Origin: Thermoleophilia bacterium
Lineage (GTDB): Bacteria > Actinomycetota > Thermoleophilia > BMS3ABIN01
Direction of reading: 5' to 3'
Assembly (NCBI GenBank): GCA_014874265.1
Contig: JACWAM010000109.1
Location: 4,808-68,807, forward strand
Length of the DNA: 64,000 bases
The notes under the pieces are model-generated. The model was not told the origin of the DNA. It saw nothing but the letters and a program-made list of their open reading frames with translations, and did not search any database. Of the stretch, positions 10,012 to 18,984 are shown piece by piece. The translations under genes and the position numbers were made by a program. Within the stretch, counting starts at the first letter, position 1; the number at the start of each line of letters is the position of its first letter.

Positions 10012-10294
10012 CAGGCGCTCCGGGGCGGCCGCAAGCAGACCGCAATGGATGTAAATTTGATTTCCTTCATATTAAGGACCGCCGCCTAAGGGCACCCGAA
10101 AAGGCGATCCTCTCGGCGACCCTCTAGCTAAACATCATACTTGAAATTCAATGCCGCGGGCAAGGCCATTTAGCGGGCTTTGGACTTTGGATATTGGACT
10201 TTGGATTTTTGATTAAATAGATTAAGACTTTGGATTTAACCAAAATCCGGTTTCCGGGATCCACTTTTCTGTTTATACGGCTGGCTGGCCGGTA

Positions 10295-10546
10295 ATGTAC
10301 GATACATCGAGGGCAAAATCCGTGGAATGGAGCATTATGTGCAACCCCGAGCTTGGCGATTCTCTGGCGAGACTGGCGCGAAAACTAAACTCCCATACAA
10401 ATGAACTGCGGCTTAAATACGGCGACGTCTACGAAGGATTTCGCGAAGGCAACCTCGATGGATCTTCCTTGAGCGGTTTAAACAAGGTCATCCACGAGAT
10501 CGAGACTGACGTAGCCGATCTTGAGAAGCTGACCGAAACTCCTTAA
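10295..10546 (+). CDS. Small hypothetical protein immediately upstream of selA, abutting it.
   Basis: 83-aa ORF (or 69 aa from the internal Met). Helical and charged; no known motif. Confidence 0.3.
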   Translation: MYDTSRAKSVEWSIMCNPELGDSLARLARKLNSHTNELRLKYGDVYEGFREGNLDGSSLSGLNKVIHEIETDVADLEKLTETP

Positions 10547-11971
10547 ATGGCCCCCCCGAAAGATAAAGCGGGCAAATCCCGGCAGGCGGCGCTCCGGTCG
10601 CTGCCATCGGTGGAGGAGCTGCTCGAGACGGAGGCGCTCAAGTCAGCGATGACGGCGCATGGCCGCGGCCTGGTGGTGCAGTCGGCGCGGGCTGTCATCG
10701 GCCGGCTGCGTCAGGACATCATGTCGGGAAAAACGGTCCCGGATGAGATCCTGGCGCCGGAGCATCTGGGGCCCCTGATCCAGGATGAATCTGCCATTAT
10801 ATATAATCCTTCGCTCAAACGGCTTGTCAATGCCACGGGCGTCGTCGTCCACACCAATCTTGGCCGCTCCGTGCTGGCGCCGGAGGCGATTGAAGCCGTC
10901 GCGGCCGTGGCGGGCGCCTATTCCAATCTTGAATACAGCCTGGAAAAAGGCGCGCGCGGCTCGCGCCACAATCACATCGAACGGATCATCACGGCGCTGA
11001 CCGGCGCGGAGGCCGCCCTGGTTGTCAACAACAATGCCGCCGCCGTGCTGCTGGCCCTGTCCGCCTTTGCCGCCGACCGTGAGGTCGTTGTCTCGCGGGG
11101 AGAGTTGATCGAGATCGGCGGATCGTTCCGCATCCCGGAAATCATGGCTGCCAGTTCCGCCAGGCTGGTGGAGGTGGGCACCACCAACAAGACCAAGCTG
11201 GCTGACTATCAGAAAGCTATCGGAACATCAACATCAATGTTGCTGCACATCCACACCAGCAATTTTAAGGTTGTCGGCTTCACGGCGGAGGTTCCCATCG
11301 CCGAACTGTCTGCCCTCGCGCACGAACACGGGCTGATTGTAATGGACGACCTGGGCAGCGGCGCGCTTGCCGGGCCGCCGGTCCTCGCCGGCGAGCCTTC
11401 CGTCGCGGAAAGCCTCGCCGCCGGGGCCGACATCGTCACTTTTAGCGGTGACAAACTGCTCGGCGGGCCGCAAGCCGGCATCGTCGTCGGCAAGGCGGGA
11501 CCTGTCAAAAAAATGAAGTCCCATCCGATGGCTCGGGCCCTCCGGGTGGACAAGATGACACTGGCGGCGCTTCAAGCGACGCTATCCCTGTACCTGAAGC
11601 CGGAAGAAGCCATGAAACGGATCCCGACGCTGCGCATGCTCGGCGAGCCGGCAGCAGATATCGAAAACCGGGCAACGGAGCTGGCCGCCTGTCTGGCGGC
11701 GCTCGGAAGTGATCTTGCTACGCAAGTAGAGATGGCCGCGGCCAAGGTTGGCGGCGGGGCGTTGCCCCTGCTGGAGCTTGATTCGTATGTATGCGCTATC
11801 AGTCCGGCTTCGCTGACGGCGGAGCAACTGGCCGGCCGCCTCCGGCGAACGGACCCGCCGGTCGTCGGCCGCATTCACAAGGACCGGCTCCTGCTGGACG
11901 CGCGCACGATCCTGCCGGGGCAGACGGAAGAAATTGTCAGCGCCATGAAACAGGCGCTCAGGCAAAAATGA
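10547..11971 (+). CDS. selA: L-seryl-tRNA(Sec) selenium transferase.
   Basis: 474 aa. PLP-lysine context FSGDKLLGGPQAG. Matches SelA in length and domain order. Confidence 0.85.
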   Translation: MAPPKDKAGKSRQAALRSLPSVEELLETEALKSAMTAHGRGLVVQSARAVIGRLRQDIMSGKTVPDEILAPEHLGPLIQDESAIIYNPSLKRLVNATGVVVHTNLGRSVLAPEAIEAVAAVAGAYSNLEYSLEKGARGSRHNHIERIITALTGAEAALVVNNNAAAVLLALSAFAADREVVVSRGELIEIGGSFRIPEIMAASSARLVEVGTTNKTKLADYQKAIGTSTSMLLHIHTSNFKVVGFTAEVPIAELSALAHEHGLIVMDDLGSGALAGPPVLAGEPSVAESLAAGADIVTFSGDKLLGGPQAGIVVGKAGPVKKMKSHPMARALRVDKMTLAALQATLSLYLKPEEAMKRIPTLRMLGEPAADIENRATELAACLAALGSDLATQVEMAAAKVGGGALPLLELDSYVCAISPASLTAEQLAGRLRRTDPPVVGRIHKDRLLLDARTILPGQTEEIVSAMKQALRQK

Positions 11972-12056
11972 ATCAGCGGGGATACGCGTGAAACAGATCA
12001 ATCATCCATCATCAGGTTTTTAGGCGATTTGCCAGGATTGAAGCAAGCGGTTTGAA

Positions 12057-14000
12057 ATGGAAGAAATCCATCATCCATCATCCACCATCCACCATCTGGT
12101 TTTAGGCACCGCCGGCCACATCGATCACGGCAAAACGGCGCTCATCAAGGCGCTCACCGGTGTAGACACCGACCGCCTGCGCGAAGAGAAGGAACGGGGC
12201 ATCTCCATCGAGCTTGGCTACGCGGAGCTGGAACTGCCCTCGGGGACGACGATGAGCATCGTCGACGTCCCCGGCCATGAGAAGTTTGTCCGGAACATGG
12301 TCGCTGGGGCCAGCGGCATCGACATCTTTCTGCTGGCGGTCGCGGCCGACGACGGCGTCATGCCCCAGACGCGCGAGCACATGGCGGTCATCCAGTTGCT
12401 TGATATTCCCCAGGGTGTGGTGGCGATCACCAAAACCGATCTGGTCGATCCCGAGATGGCAGAGCTCGTCCAGACCGAGGTGGAAGACTTCCTGGCAGAG
12501 ACCCCTTACGCGGAAGCGCCGGTGGTGCCCGTCAGCTCGAAAACCGGCGAAGGCCTGCCACTGCTGCTGGGCCATCTGGAAGAGGCCGCCAGCCGGGCCA
12601 GCCGCGCGCACAAGGGGTCGCCATGGGCGCGCCTGCCAATCGACCGTGTCTTTACGCTGAAGGGGATTGGCACCGTGGTCACAGGCACGCTGTGGTCCGG
12701 CCAGATCTGCGCCGACGACAGCCTGCTCGTCCTTCCCGCGAGGCTGCCGGCGCGGGCCCGGTCAGTCCAGATCCATGACCGGAGCGTTCAATGCGCCGAG
12801 GCCGGTTACCGCGTGGCGGTAAACATGTCCGGGATCGACCGGGAGCAGCTGGCGCGCGGGCAGATGGTAACGAGGGGCGAAGGTCTTGAGACTACCTACA
12901 TGGTTGATGCGCGCGTTCGCCTGCTGGATTCGGCACCGAGGCTCAAATACGGAGCACAGGTCCGCTTCCACCATGGCACGGCGGACTACACGGCCAAGCT
13001 GATGTTCGCCGACCGGGACCGGCTGGGGCCCGGAGAGAGCTGCTTCGCGCAGATCAGGCTGAAGAAAAAGATCGTGCCGGCACCGGGTGACCGTTTCATC
13101 CTCCGGTCGCTGAGTCCAGTAAACACTATTGGCGGCGGCGTTGTCATCGATCCGGCCCCCCGGAAACACGGCCGGGGAGAAGAAATCGTCAGCCGTCTTG
13201 ACATTTTGGAAAAAGATGACCCAGTCCAGATCATCATGCTGCTGCTTCGAGAAGCGGGAGCAGACGGCATCAGCCTCGAGGAGCTGAAGCGCCGGAGTCA
13301 CCTGCAGGACACGGAAATCGATGCGGTGCTTGCCGGCAGGGAGCTTGCCTCCACCAGAGAATCAGGCGACATCGTTTACCTTTTTTTGCCGGAAATTGTC
13401 GCCGGGCTCGAAAAACAGGCTATTGAGGCGCTCTCTGAACACCAGAAAAAATTTCCCGCCGATCCCGGCATGAAGGGAGAAGAGCTTGCCCGCAGCGTGG
13501 GTCTGCCCCCCGCCGGGCCCGCCTTTAAAGCACTGATTGGAGGACTGCTCGGCCGTGGAGAGATCGCGCAAAAGCAGCAGCGCTACCTGCTCCCCAGCGC
13601 CGAGGCAAAGCTGTCACCGGCGCAGCGGGGCTACCTGGAAGCAGTACGGGAACGGCTGGCCAAAGCCGGCCCGGCGCCGCCGTCGATCCTGGAGCTGAGG
13701 GCCGCCACCGGAGCCGGCGATGTGGAGTTAAAACTGGTCCTTAAGCTTATGGAAGAGCGGGGCCAGGCGGTCAGGGTGAAGCCCGATCTTTTCTTTGCGC
13801 CGGCAGCAGTTGACAATGCGCGTAAAATAACGATTGACTGGTGCCAGGAAACAGGCAAGATCACTCTGGCTGAGCTGCGGGACCGGCTGGGAGTGAGCCG
13901 TAAATTTGCCCAGGCGCTCCTGGAGTATTTCGACCGCGCTGGCCTCACCCGCAGGATAGAGGATTACCGGGTTTTGCGAAAGTGGAAGGCGGATACTTGA
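12057..14000 (+). CDS. selB: Selenocysteine-specific translation elongation factor.
   Basis: [12 protein letters not shown]-loop, DVPGHE, an EF-Tu-like domain, and a long C-terminal winged-helix extension (647 aa). The first 12 codons run through a CATCCA repeat, so the start is uncertain. Confidence 0.85.
   Translation: MEEIHHPSSTIHHLVLGTAGHIDHGKTALIKALTGVDTDRLREEKERGISIELGYAELELPSGTTMSIVDVPGHEKFVRNMVAGASGIDIFLLAVAADDGVMPQTREHMAVIQLLDIPQGVVAITKTDLVDPEMAELVQTEVEDFLAETPYAEAPVVPVSSKTGEGLPLLLGHLEEAASRASRAHKGSPWARLPIDRVFTLKGIGTVVTGTLWSGQICADDSLLVLPARLPARARSVQIHDRSVQCAEAGYRVAVNMSGIDREQLARGQMVTRGEGLETTYMVDARVRLLDSAPRLKYGAQVRFHHGTADYTAKLMFADRDRLGPGESCFAQIRLKKKIVPAPGDRFILRSLSPVNTIGGGVVIDPAPRKHGRGEEIVSRLDILEKDDPVQIIMLLLREAGADGISLEELKRRSHLQDTEIDAVLAGRELASTRESGDIVYLFLPEIVAGLEKQAIEALSEHQKKFPADPGMKGEELARSVGLPPAGPAFKALIGGLLGRGEIAQKQQRYLLPSAEAKLSPAQRGYLEAVRERLAKAGPAPPSILELRAATGAGDVELKLVLKLMEERGQAVRVKPDLFFAPAAVDNARKITIDWCQETGKITLAELRDRLGVSRKFAQALLEYFDRAGLTRRIEDYRVLRKWKADT
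12070..12101. repeat. CATCCA/CCATCA hexamer tandem repeat overlapping the annotated 5' end of selB. The same motif in reverse complement lies at 26212..26256, at the 5' end of a radical SAM gene.
   Basis: catcatccatcatccaccatccaccatc (in frame it reads [10 protein letters not shown]). The reverse complement of 26221-26250 is ggtggatgatggattgtggatggtggat. Confidence 0.55.
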
Positions 14001-14084
14001 TCCTGGATGGCTGATACCGGATAAGCTAATATCATAATCCGGCCGGTTTCGCTTTAGCTTCGGTTTTAATTCCGTCTGTAACAG

Positions 14085-14180
14085 GGGAGGGCACGGGTCT
14101 GGTGGCCCAGCCGGTCTTCAAAACCGGTAAGTGGCGGTAACCCCGTCATTGGTAGGTTCGATTCCTACGCCTTCCCGCCA
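14085..14180 (+). tRNA. selC: tRNA-Sec (anticodon UCA).
   Basis: 8-bp acceptor stem (gggagggc/gccttccc with one G-U), anticodon loop cuUCAaa, long variable arm, T-loop ggTTCGAttcc, discriminator G plus CCA. 96 nt. Lies directly downstream of selA-selB. Confidence 0.8.
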
Positions 14181-14424
14181 CCCTTGTCTTATTCTCTGGG
14201 GACGCCGCAACCTTGACTCCACGGTAATATGGATAGACCCAAAGGCGCACTTCAGAGTTGAATGCGCCAAATAAATGATTTCAAATTAAAACATTCTTGA
14301 GCATCGCGTATCACGCGGCCGTTCAACAGTCAGAATGAACAAGGGCGACCCCGTCTGTCCTCTCCCAATTTCCCGGCTCTGGTGCTAGACTTAGAAAAGA
14401 AAATAAAATCCGGGGGTGTGAGCG

Positions 14425-14805
14425 ATGGGTCCTAATTCCGAGGGAGGGCGGCGTCCGGTTATCTACTGGGCATCCTGCCCTGAGTGTTTCACCTATATTT
14501 GGGTGGATGAGCGTGATCTTAAAGGTGAAAAAGTGGTGACTTGTCCGTACTGCGATACGCTCATTTCTCTCTCCGGAGGCGCCCTGCTGTCAGAAAGCTG
14601 CAACCGGCTGCAGGCTCTCCTCGAAGACATCGAGAGACAAATCGCCGCGATGCCAACCGCAATTGACGTGCACCGGTTCATTTCCGAACAGGTTGGCCAT
14701 ATCGCCGGCGCTTTTAACGACCGGCTGGATGAGATCCAGGAAAGCAAGGATGAAGCCGGCAGCGAGTCCGGCCACGTTGAATCCGGTAAAAAGCGGGCCT
14801 CGTAA
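14425..14805 (+). CDS. Zinc-ribbon protein, hypothetical.
   Basis: CPEC...(17 residues)...CPYC pair at the N-terminus. 126 aa with an acidic C-terminal tail. Confidence 0.4.
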   Translation: MGPNSEGGRRPVIYWASCPECFTYIWVDERDLKGEKVVTCPYCDTLISLSGGALLSESCNRLQALLEDIERQIAAMPTAIDVHRFISEQVGHIAGAFNDRLDEIQESKDEAGSESGHVESGKKRAS

Positions 14806-14858
14806 TCGGGTCCCACCCTCCTGTTAGAATAACGCCCCGACTGTCTCCGGAAACCAAC

Positions 14859-17072
14859 CCTGAAATCGCCGCTGTCAGCCATCAGGCGGCCAGGCGGGGC
14901 AGCTTTGCCGAAGCCCCGGCTGGGCTGCCGGCGAGCGTCAGGGAGGCGCTGGCGCGCACCGGCGTAAAGACCCTTTATAGCCACCAGGCGGCAGCGCTCA
15001 GGCTGGCCCGGGAGGGTAAGAACGTGGTTGTCACCACGGCCAGCGCCAGCGGCAAATCCCTCTGTTTCAACCTGCCGGTTCTCAGTGAGCTGGCCGGAAA
15101 CCGCCACTCGCGGTCGCTTTACCTTTATCCCACGAAAGCGCTCACGCAAGACCAGGTGCGCAAGCTGCAGTCCTTCCGGCTCCCGTTCGCCAAACCCGGG
15201 ATTTACGATGGCGATACTCCCTCGGAGCAAAGGACACAAATCAGGAAGAAAGCCAATATTGTTCTGTCAAATCCGGATATGCTCCATGTTGGCATTCTAC
15301 CGCACCATGATTCCTGGGCGGACTTCTTTTTCAACCTGAAATACGTGATCATCGACGAAGCCCATTCTTACCGCGGCGTCTTCGGCTCCCACGTCGCCAA
15401 CGTCGTCCGCCGCCTCCGGCGTGTCTGCGCCCTCTACGGCGGCGAGCCGCGCTTCTTGCTGACGACGGCCACCATCGCCAATCCCGAGGAGCTGGCCGCA
15501 GCGCTAACGGGACTGGATCATGTTCTGGTGAGCCGTGACGGCTCCCCCCGCGGAGAGCGGCAGATAGTTTTCTGGAATCCGCCATTAATCGACAAATCGC
15601 TCGGCACCCGCAAGAGCGCGTTTGGCGAAGCGTCGATGCTGCTGGCCAGGCTGCTGCGAGGCGGTTCGCGCACGATTGTCTTTGCGCGGACCCGAAAAGG
15701 CGCTGAGCTCATCTACAGCTTCGCCCGGCGGCTGCTGGAGGAGGAGCCGGCGCTGGCGGCAGCGATTTCTCCCTACCGGGGAGGCTACACTCCCCGGCAG
15801 CGCCGTGAGATTGAAAAGGCATTGTTTGAAGGACGCCTTCTCGGCGTCGTCTCCACCAGCGCCCTGGAGCTGGGAATTGATGTGGGAGGCATCGACGCCG
15901 TCATCTCCGTCACCTTTCCGGGAACCGTGGCCAGCCTCCGGCAACAGTGGGGGCGCGCCGGCCGCGGCGGCGAGCAGAGCCTCGCTGTTTTCATCGCGGG
16001 GCTGGACGCCCTTGACCAGTACTTTATGTCGCATCCGGACCAGCTGCTCGAGCGCGACCCCGAGGCGGCAATTCTGGATTTTACCAATGAGCAGATTTTT
16101 AACAGCCACCTGGGCGCCGCCGCGTTTGAAACGCCGCTGACTCCGGCCGATGAGCGGTATTTCGGACCGAAACTGCCGGCGGCTGCCGCCTCTCTGGCAA
16201 CAGCGGGCGCTCTCCGGCAAAAAGACGGCAATTTCGTGTGGGCGCGTCCGGACTTTCCCGCCGCCTCTATTTCACTGCGCTCATCATCGGCTGACTCTTT
16301 TGCCATCGTCCAGGAAGACACTGGCGCGGTCATCGGCGAGGTGGAGGCGGAGCGCGCCTTCATATTTGTGCATCCGGGAGCGATCTACCTGCATATGGGC
16401 GAGACATTTCAGGTGGTCAGCCTCGATCTGGCCGCCCGGGTGGCGCTGGTGCGGCCGGTTCTGGTTGATTTCTATACCCAGCCCAAAAAGGAGACCAGCG
16501 TGGAGATCGAGGAGCCGCTGCTGGCGCGCACGGCCGGTGACGTCAAGCTTTCTTTTGGCCGGCTGCTGGTCACCGAGCGGGTAATCGCATATCAGAAAAA
16601 ACTGTTGGCAGACAACCAGGTGCTGGAGATTGTCGACCTGGAGCTACCCCAGCAGACGTTTGCGACCGAGGGCCTCTGGTTCTGGCTGCCTGAAGAAATA
16701 TACGGTAAGATCGAGCCCCGCTGCCTGCTCGGCGCCGTGCATGCGGCCGAGCACGGGTTGATTGCTCTTTTGCCGTTATTTGCCATGTGCGACAGGTGGG
16801 ACATTGGCGGACTTTCCACGGGGATGCATTGGCAGACCGGAGGGCCCTCGATATTCGTTTACGACGGACATCCGGGAGGCATCGGCATCACCCGCGCCGG
16901 CTTTGACGAGTTTGAAGGGCTGGCCGCCGCGGCCCTGAAGCTCATCAGCTGCTGCCCGTGCGAATCCGGATGCCCGTCATGTATACAATCACCCAAATGC
17001 GGGAATCTGAATGAGCCGCTGAGCAAGGAAGGGGCGATCGCGATACTGAAGGGGATTTCAAAAAGTTTCTAG
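14859..17072 (+). CDS. DEAD/DEAH-box helicase with C-terminal DUF1998 (MrfA/YprA-like). Start codon unresolved.
   Basis: Q-motif YSHQ, Walker A TASASGKS, DEAH, and a C-terminal MCDRWDIGG...CPCESGCPSC (DUF1998 Zn finger). There is no ATG/GTG/TTG in frame between the stop at 14787 and the GTG at 15024. A 5' end near 14859 (CTG) is a guess. Confidence 0.7.
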   Translation, partial: PEIAAVSHQAARRGSFAEAPAGLPASVREALARTGVKTLYSHQAAALRLAREGKNVVVTTASASGKSLCFNLPVLSELAGNRHSRSLYLYPTKALTQDQVRKLQSFRLPFAKPGIYDGDTPSEQRTQIRKKANIVLSNPDMLHVGILPHHDSWADFFFNLKYVIIDEAHSYRGVFGSHVANVVRRLRRVCALYGGEPRFLLTTATIANPEELAAALTGLDHVLVSRDGSPRGERQIVFWNPPLIDKSLGTRKSAFGEASMLLARLLRGGSRTIVFARTRKGAELIYSFARRLLEEEPALAAAISPYRGGYTPRQRREIEKALFEGRLLGVVSTSALELGIDVGGIDAVISVTFPGTVASLRQQWGRAGRGGEQSLAVFIAGLDALDQYFMSHPDQLLERDPEAAILDFTNEQIFNSHLGAAAFETPLTPADERYFGPKLPAAAASLATAGALRQKDGNFVWARPDFPAASISLRSSSADSFAIVQEDTGAVIGEVEAERAFIFVHPGAIYLHMGETFQVVSLDLAARVALVRPVLVDFYTQPKKETSVEIEEPLLARTAGDVKLSFGRLLVTERVIAYQKKLLADNQVLEIVDLELPQQTFATEGLWFWLPEEIYGKIEPRCLLGAVHAAEHGLIALLPLFAMCDRWDIGGLSTGMHWQTGGPSIFVYDGHPGGIGITRAGFDEFEGLAAAALKLISCCPCESGCPSCIQSPKCGNLNEPLSKEGAIAILKGISKSF

Positions 17073-17179
17073 TTTCTTGTGTCTGGTTGCAGGTTTTCGT
17101 TCCAGGTTCTGATGAAAAACTATGAACCAGAAACCGGAAACGCGAAACCGGTAATTTATTTTCTTATGGATAGAAGTTA

Positions 17180-17650
17180 ATGAAAGATGTTAAGTATATT
17201 TCCGTGATTGGAGCCGGCGAGTGTGACGCAGGGACAGCCCGGATGGCGAAAGAAGTGGGCAGGCTGATCGCCCGGGCCGGCGCGGTTCTGGTTTGTGGCG
17301 GCATGGGCGGCGTCATGGAAGCGGCCTGCCGCGGAGCCAAGGGCGCGGGCGGCACCACCATTGGCATCCTGCCGGGGCTGGACCGCCGGGATGCGAATGA
17401 ATGGCTGGACTATTCTGTTTGCACCGGCATCGGGCATGCGCGCAACCTGGCTGTTGCCGCCAGCGGAGCCGCAGTCATCGCGATCGGCGGTGAATTTGGA
17501 ACGCTGTCAGAAATAGGACTTGCCCGCAAATGCGGGCGGCCGGTTATCACGCTGGAAAGCTGGGAGATTAAGAAAGACGCCGGCACCCCTCCGGGTGTGA
17601 CCCCGGCAGCGACGCCGGCAGAAGCCGTCAGGATGGCTCTTGATCAATGA
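17180..17650 (+). CDS. TIGR00725/LOG-like (SLOG) Rossmann-fold protein.
   Basis: 156 aa. GxGxxG-like CGGMGGVMEA, and a PGxxGTxxE-like GGEFGTLSEI motif typical of the LOG/DprA-like superfamily. Confidence 0.5.
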   Translation: MKDVKYISVIGAGECDAGTARMAKEVGRLIARAGAVLVCGGMGGVMEAACRGAKGAGGTTIGILPGLDRRDANEWLDYSVCTGIGHARNLAVAASGAAVIAIGGEFGTLSEIGLARKCGRPVITLESWEIKKDAGTPPGVTPAATPAEAVRMALDQ

Positions 17651-17721
17651 GGAACAAAGTCAATTTAAGTAATACAACTATTTTACCAAGTCTAGCGGCA
17701 GAGCTGGAACTTGACCCAGAT

Positions 17722-17750
17722 TTGTCAAAAGATTGTCGACATGATATGCT
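17722..17750 (+). promoter_or_regulatory. Sigma-70-like promoter for small-peptide gene 1.
   Basis: TTGTCA (17722-17727), then 17 nt, then TATGCT (17745-17750). It lies about 70 nt upstream of the GTG at 17822. Confidence 0.45.
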
Positions 17751-17821
17751 CTTTTTCTCAGACGGAAGGGGTGGGCGCCCTGGGTTTCAGAAAAAGAGGC
17801 AAGCCTGGGAGAGGAGAAAAA

Positions 17822-17944
17822 GTGGACAAGCAGCCGAAAAAACCGTATGAGAAGCCAGAATTGGTCAAGCACCTGAATCTGAAGGACATAACCTTTGAGT
17901 GCTCTGGCTGGTCTTGCAGCGTCACTGTGCCTCCGGCCCCCTAA
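17822..17944 (+). CDS. Small peptide (40 aa), paralog of the 41-aa peptide at 56649..56774. Possible RiPP precursor or small regulatory protein.
   Basis: GTG start 6 nt after the GGAGAGGAG Shine-Dalgarno. Translation: VDKQPKKPYEKPELVKHLNLKDITFECSGWSCSVTVPPAP. About 85% identical over 34 residues to the second copy. Followed by a bidirectional terminator. Confidence 0.6.
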   Translation: MDKQPKKPYEKPELVKHLNLKDITFECSGWSCSVTVPPAP

Positions 17945-17974
17945 ACACAAGCAGCGAAAGGGTCTGGAAGCTCC

Positions 17975-18002
17975 AAAAAAGGCGGCGATCAGCCGCTTTT
18001 TT
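17975..18002. terminator. Bidirectional rho-independent terminator (A6 - GC hairpin - T6).
   Basis: aaaaaa-gGCGGC-gatca-GCCGC-tttttt. It lies between the peptide gene (+) and the hemC 3' end (-). Confidence 0.7.
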
Positions 18003-18975
18003 ATGTCCAGTAACCGGTTCCTTCACCTTCTTGGGCTGCGCGCACTTCAGCCAGAATCTCCTCGCCACCGTTTTTTTCCATCCGCCTGGCCAGCGTCTCG
18101 CCCAGCTCTTCCGCGGAGCCCGACGGGCCCTCAATCGAGTCGCGGACAGAGCGGCTGCCACCAATGGAGCCCAGATAAGCGTCGAGCCTAAGACCGCCGG
18201 AGTCCACGACACCGTAGGCTCCGATGGGGACCTGGCAGCCTCCTTGGAGCTGCTTCATCAAGGCCCGCTCGGCGCGCACGGCTACTGCCCCCGCTTCGTC
18301 GTTTTCCGGCTGGACCAGCCTCCGGGTGATGCTGTCATCCCGGCGAACCTCAATCGCGATAATGCCCTGGCCTACGGCGGGAACGATCTCCTCTGTGGAG
18401 AAATAAAACCCGATATGCTCTTGCTTTTCCAGGCGCCTGACCCCGGCCGCCGCCAGAATCGCCCCCTCCAGCCCTAGCTCTTCGATCTTCCTGATCCTCG
18501 TATCAATGTTACCTCGTATGTCAACGATCTCCAGGTCAGGCCGCAACGACAGCAGTTGCGACCGCCGCCTGAGACTGCTGGTGCCCACGCGCCCGCCGGC
18601 CGGAATCTGCCTCAGGCTGCTGGCCTTGCCGATAAAGACATCCCGGGGGTCATCGCGGAAAGAAAAAGCGCCAATCGCAAGCCCCTCCGGCAAAGCCGTA
18701 GGAAGATCCTTGGCGCTGTGCACCGCCAGATCGATATCGCCCTTGATCAGCGCGTTCTCGATCTCCTTGACAAACAGGCCTTTCTCGCCAATCTTCGCCA
18801 GTGACGATTCCAGGATCCGGTCGCCGGCAGTGGAAATCTTCTCAATTTTGACGGACAGGTCGACATTGCGTTTCTGGAGATGCCAGGCTATCAAGCGAGC
18901 CTGAAACATGGCCAGCTCGCTGCCGCGGGTTCCCAGCACCAGACGTCTGGCAGCAGCCTCAGTGCTCATCTTCAC
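18001..18975 (-). CDS. hemC: Hydroxymethylbilane synthase (porphobilinogen deaminase).
   Basis: LGTRGSELA N-terminus, dipyrromethane cofactor domain. 324 aa. Confidence 0.85.
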   Translation of the reverse strand: MKMSTEAAARRLVLGTRGSELAMFQARLIAWHLQKRNVDLSVKIEKISTAGDRILESSLAKIGEKGLFVKEIENALIKGDIDLAVHSAKDLPTALPEGLAIGAFSFRDDPRDVFIGKASSLRQIPAGGRVGTSSLRRRSQLLSLRPDLEIVDIRGNIDTRIRKIEELGLEGAILAAAGVRRLEKQEHIGFYFSTEEIVPAVGQGIIAIEVRRDDSITRRLVQPENDEAGAVAVRAERALMKQLQGGCQVPIGAYGVVDSGGLRLDAYLGSIGGSRSVRDSIEGPSGSAEELGETLARRMEKNGGEEILAEVRAAQEGEGTGYWT

Positions 18976-18984
18976 TCCGGCCGG

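Noticed and set aside
17650-17821. Sigma-54 (-24 TGGCAC / -12 TTGC) promoters upstream of the two peptide genes, prompted by the proximity of rpoN.
   Set aside because: The closest candidates (ctggaacttgaccc; tggcaattaaggcaaa; aggcactgaacc) have wrong GG-GC spacing or lack the GC dinucleotide. A good sigma-70 -35/-10 pair exists for copy 1 instead.
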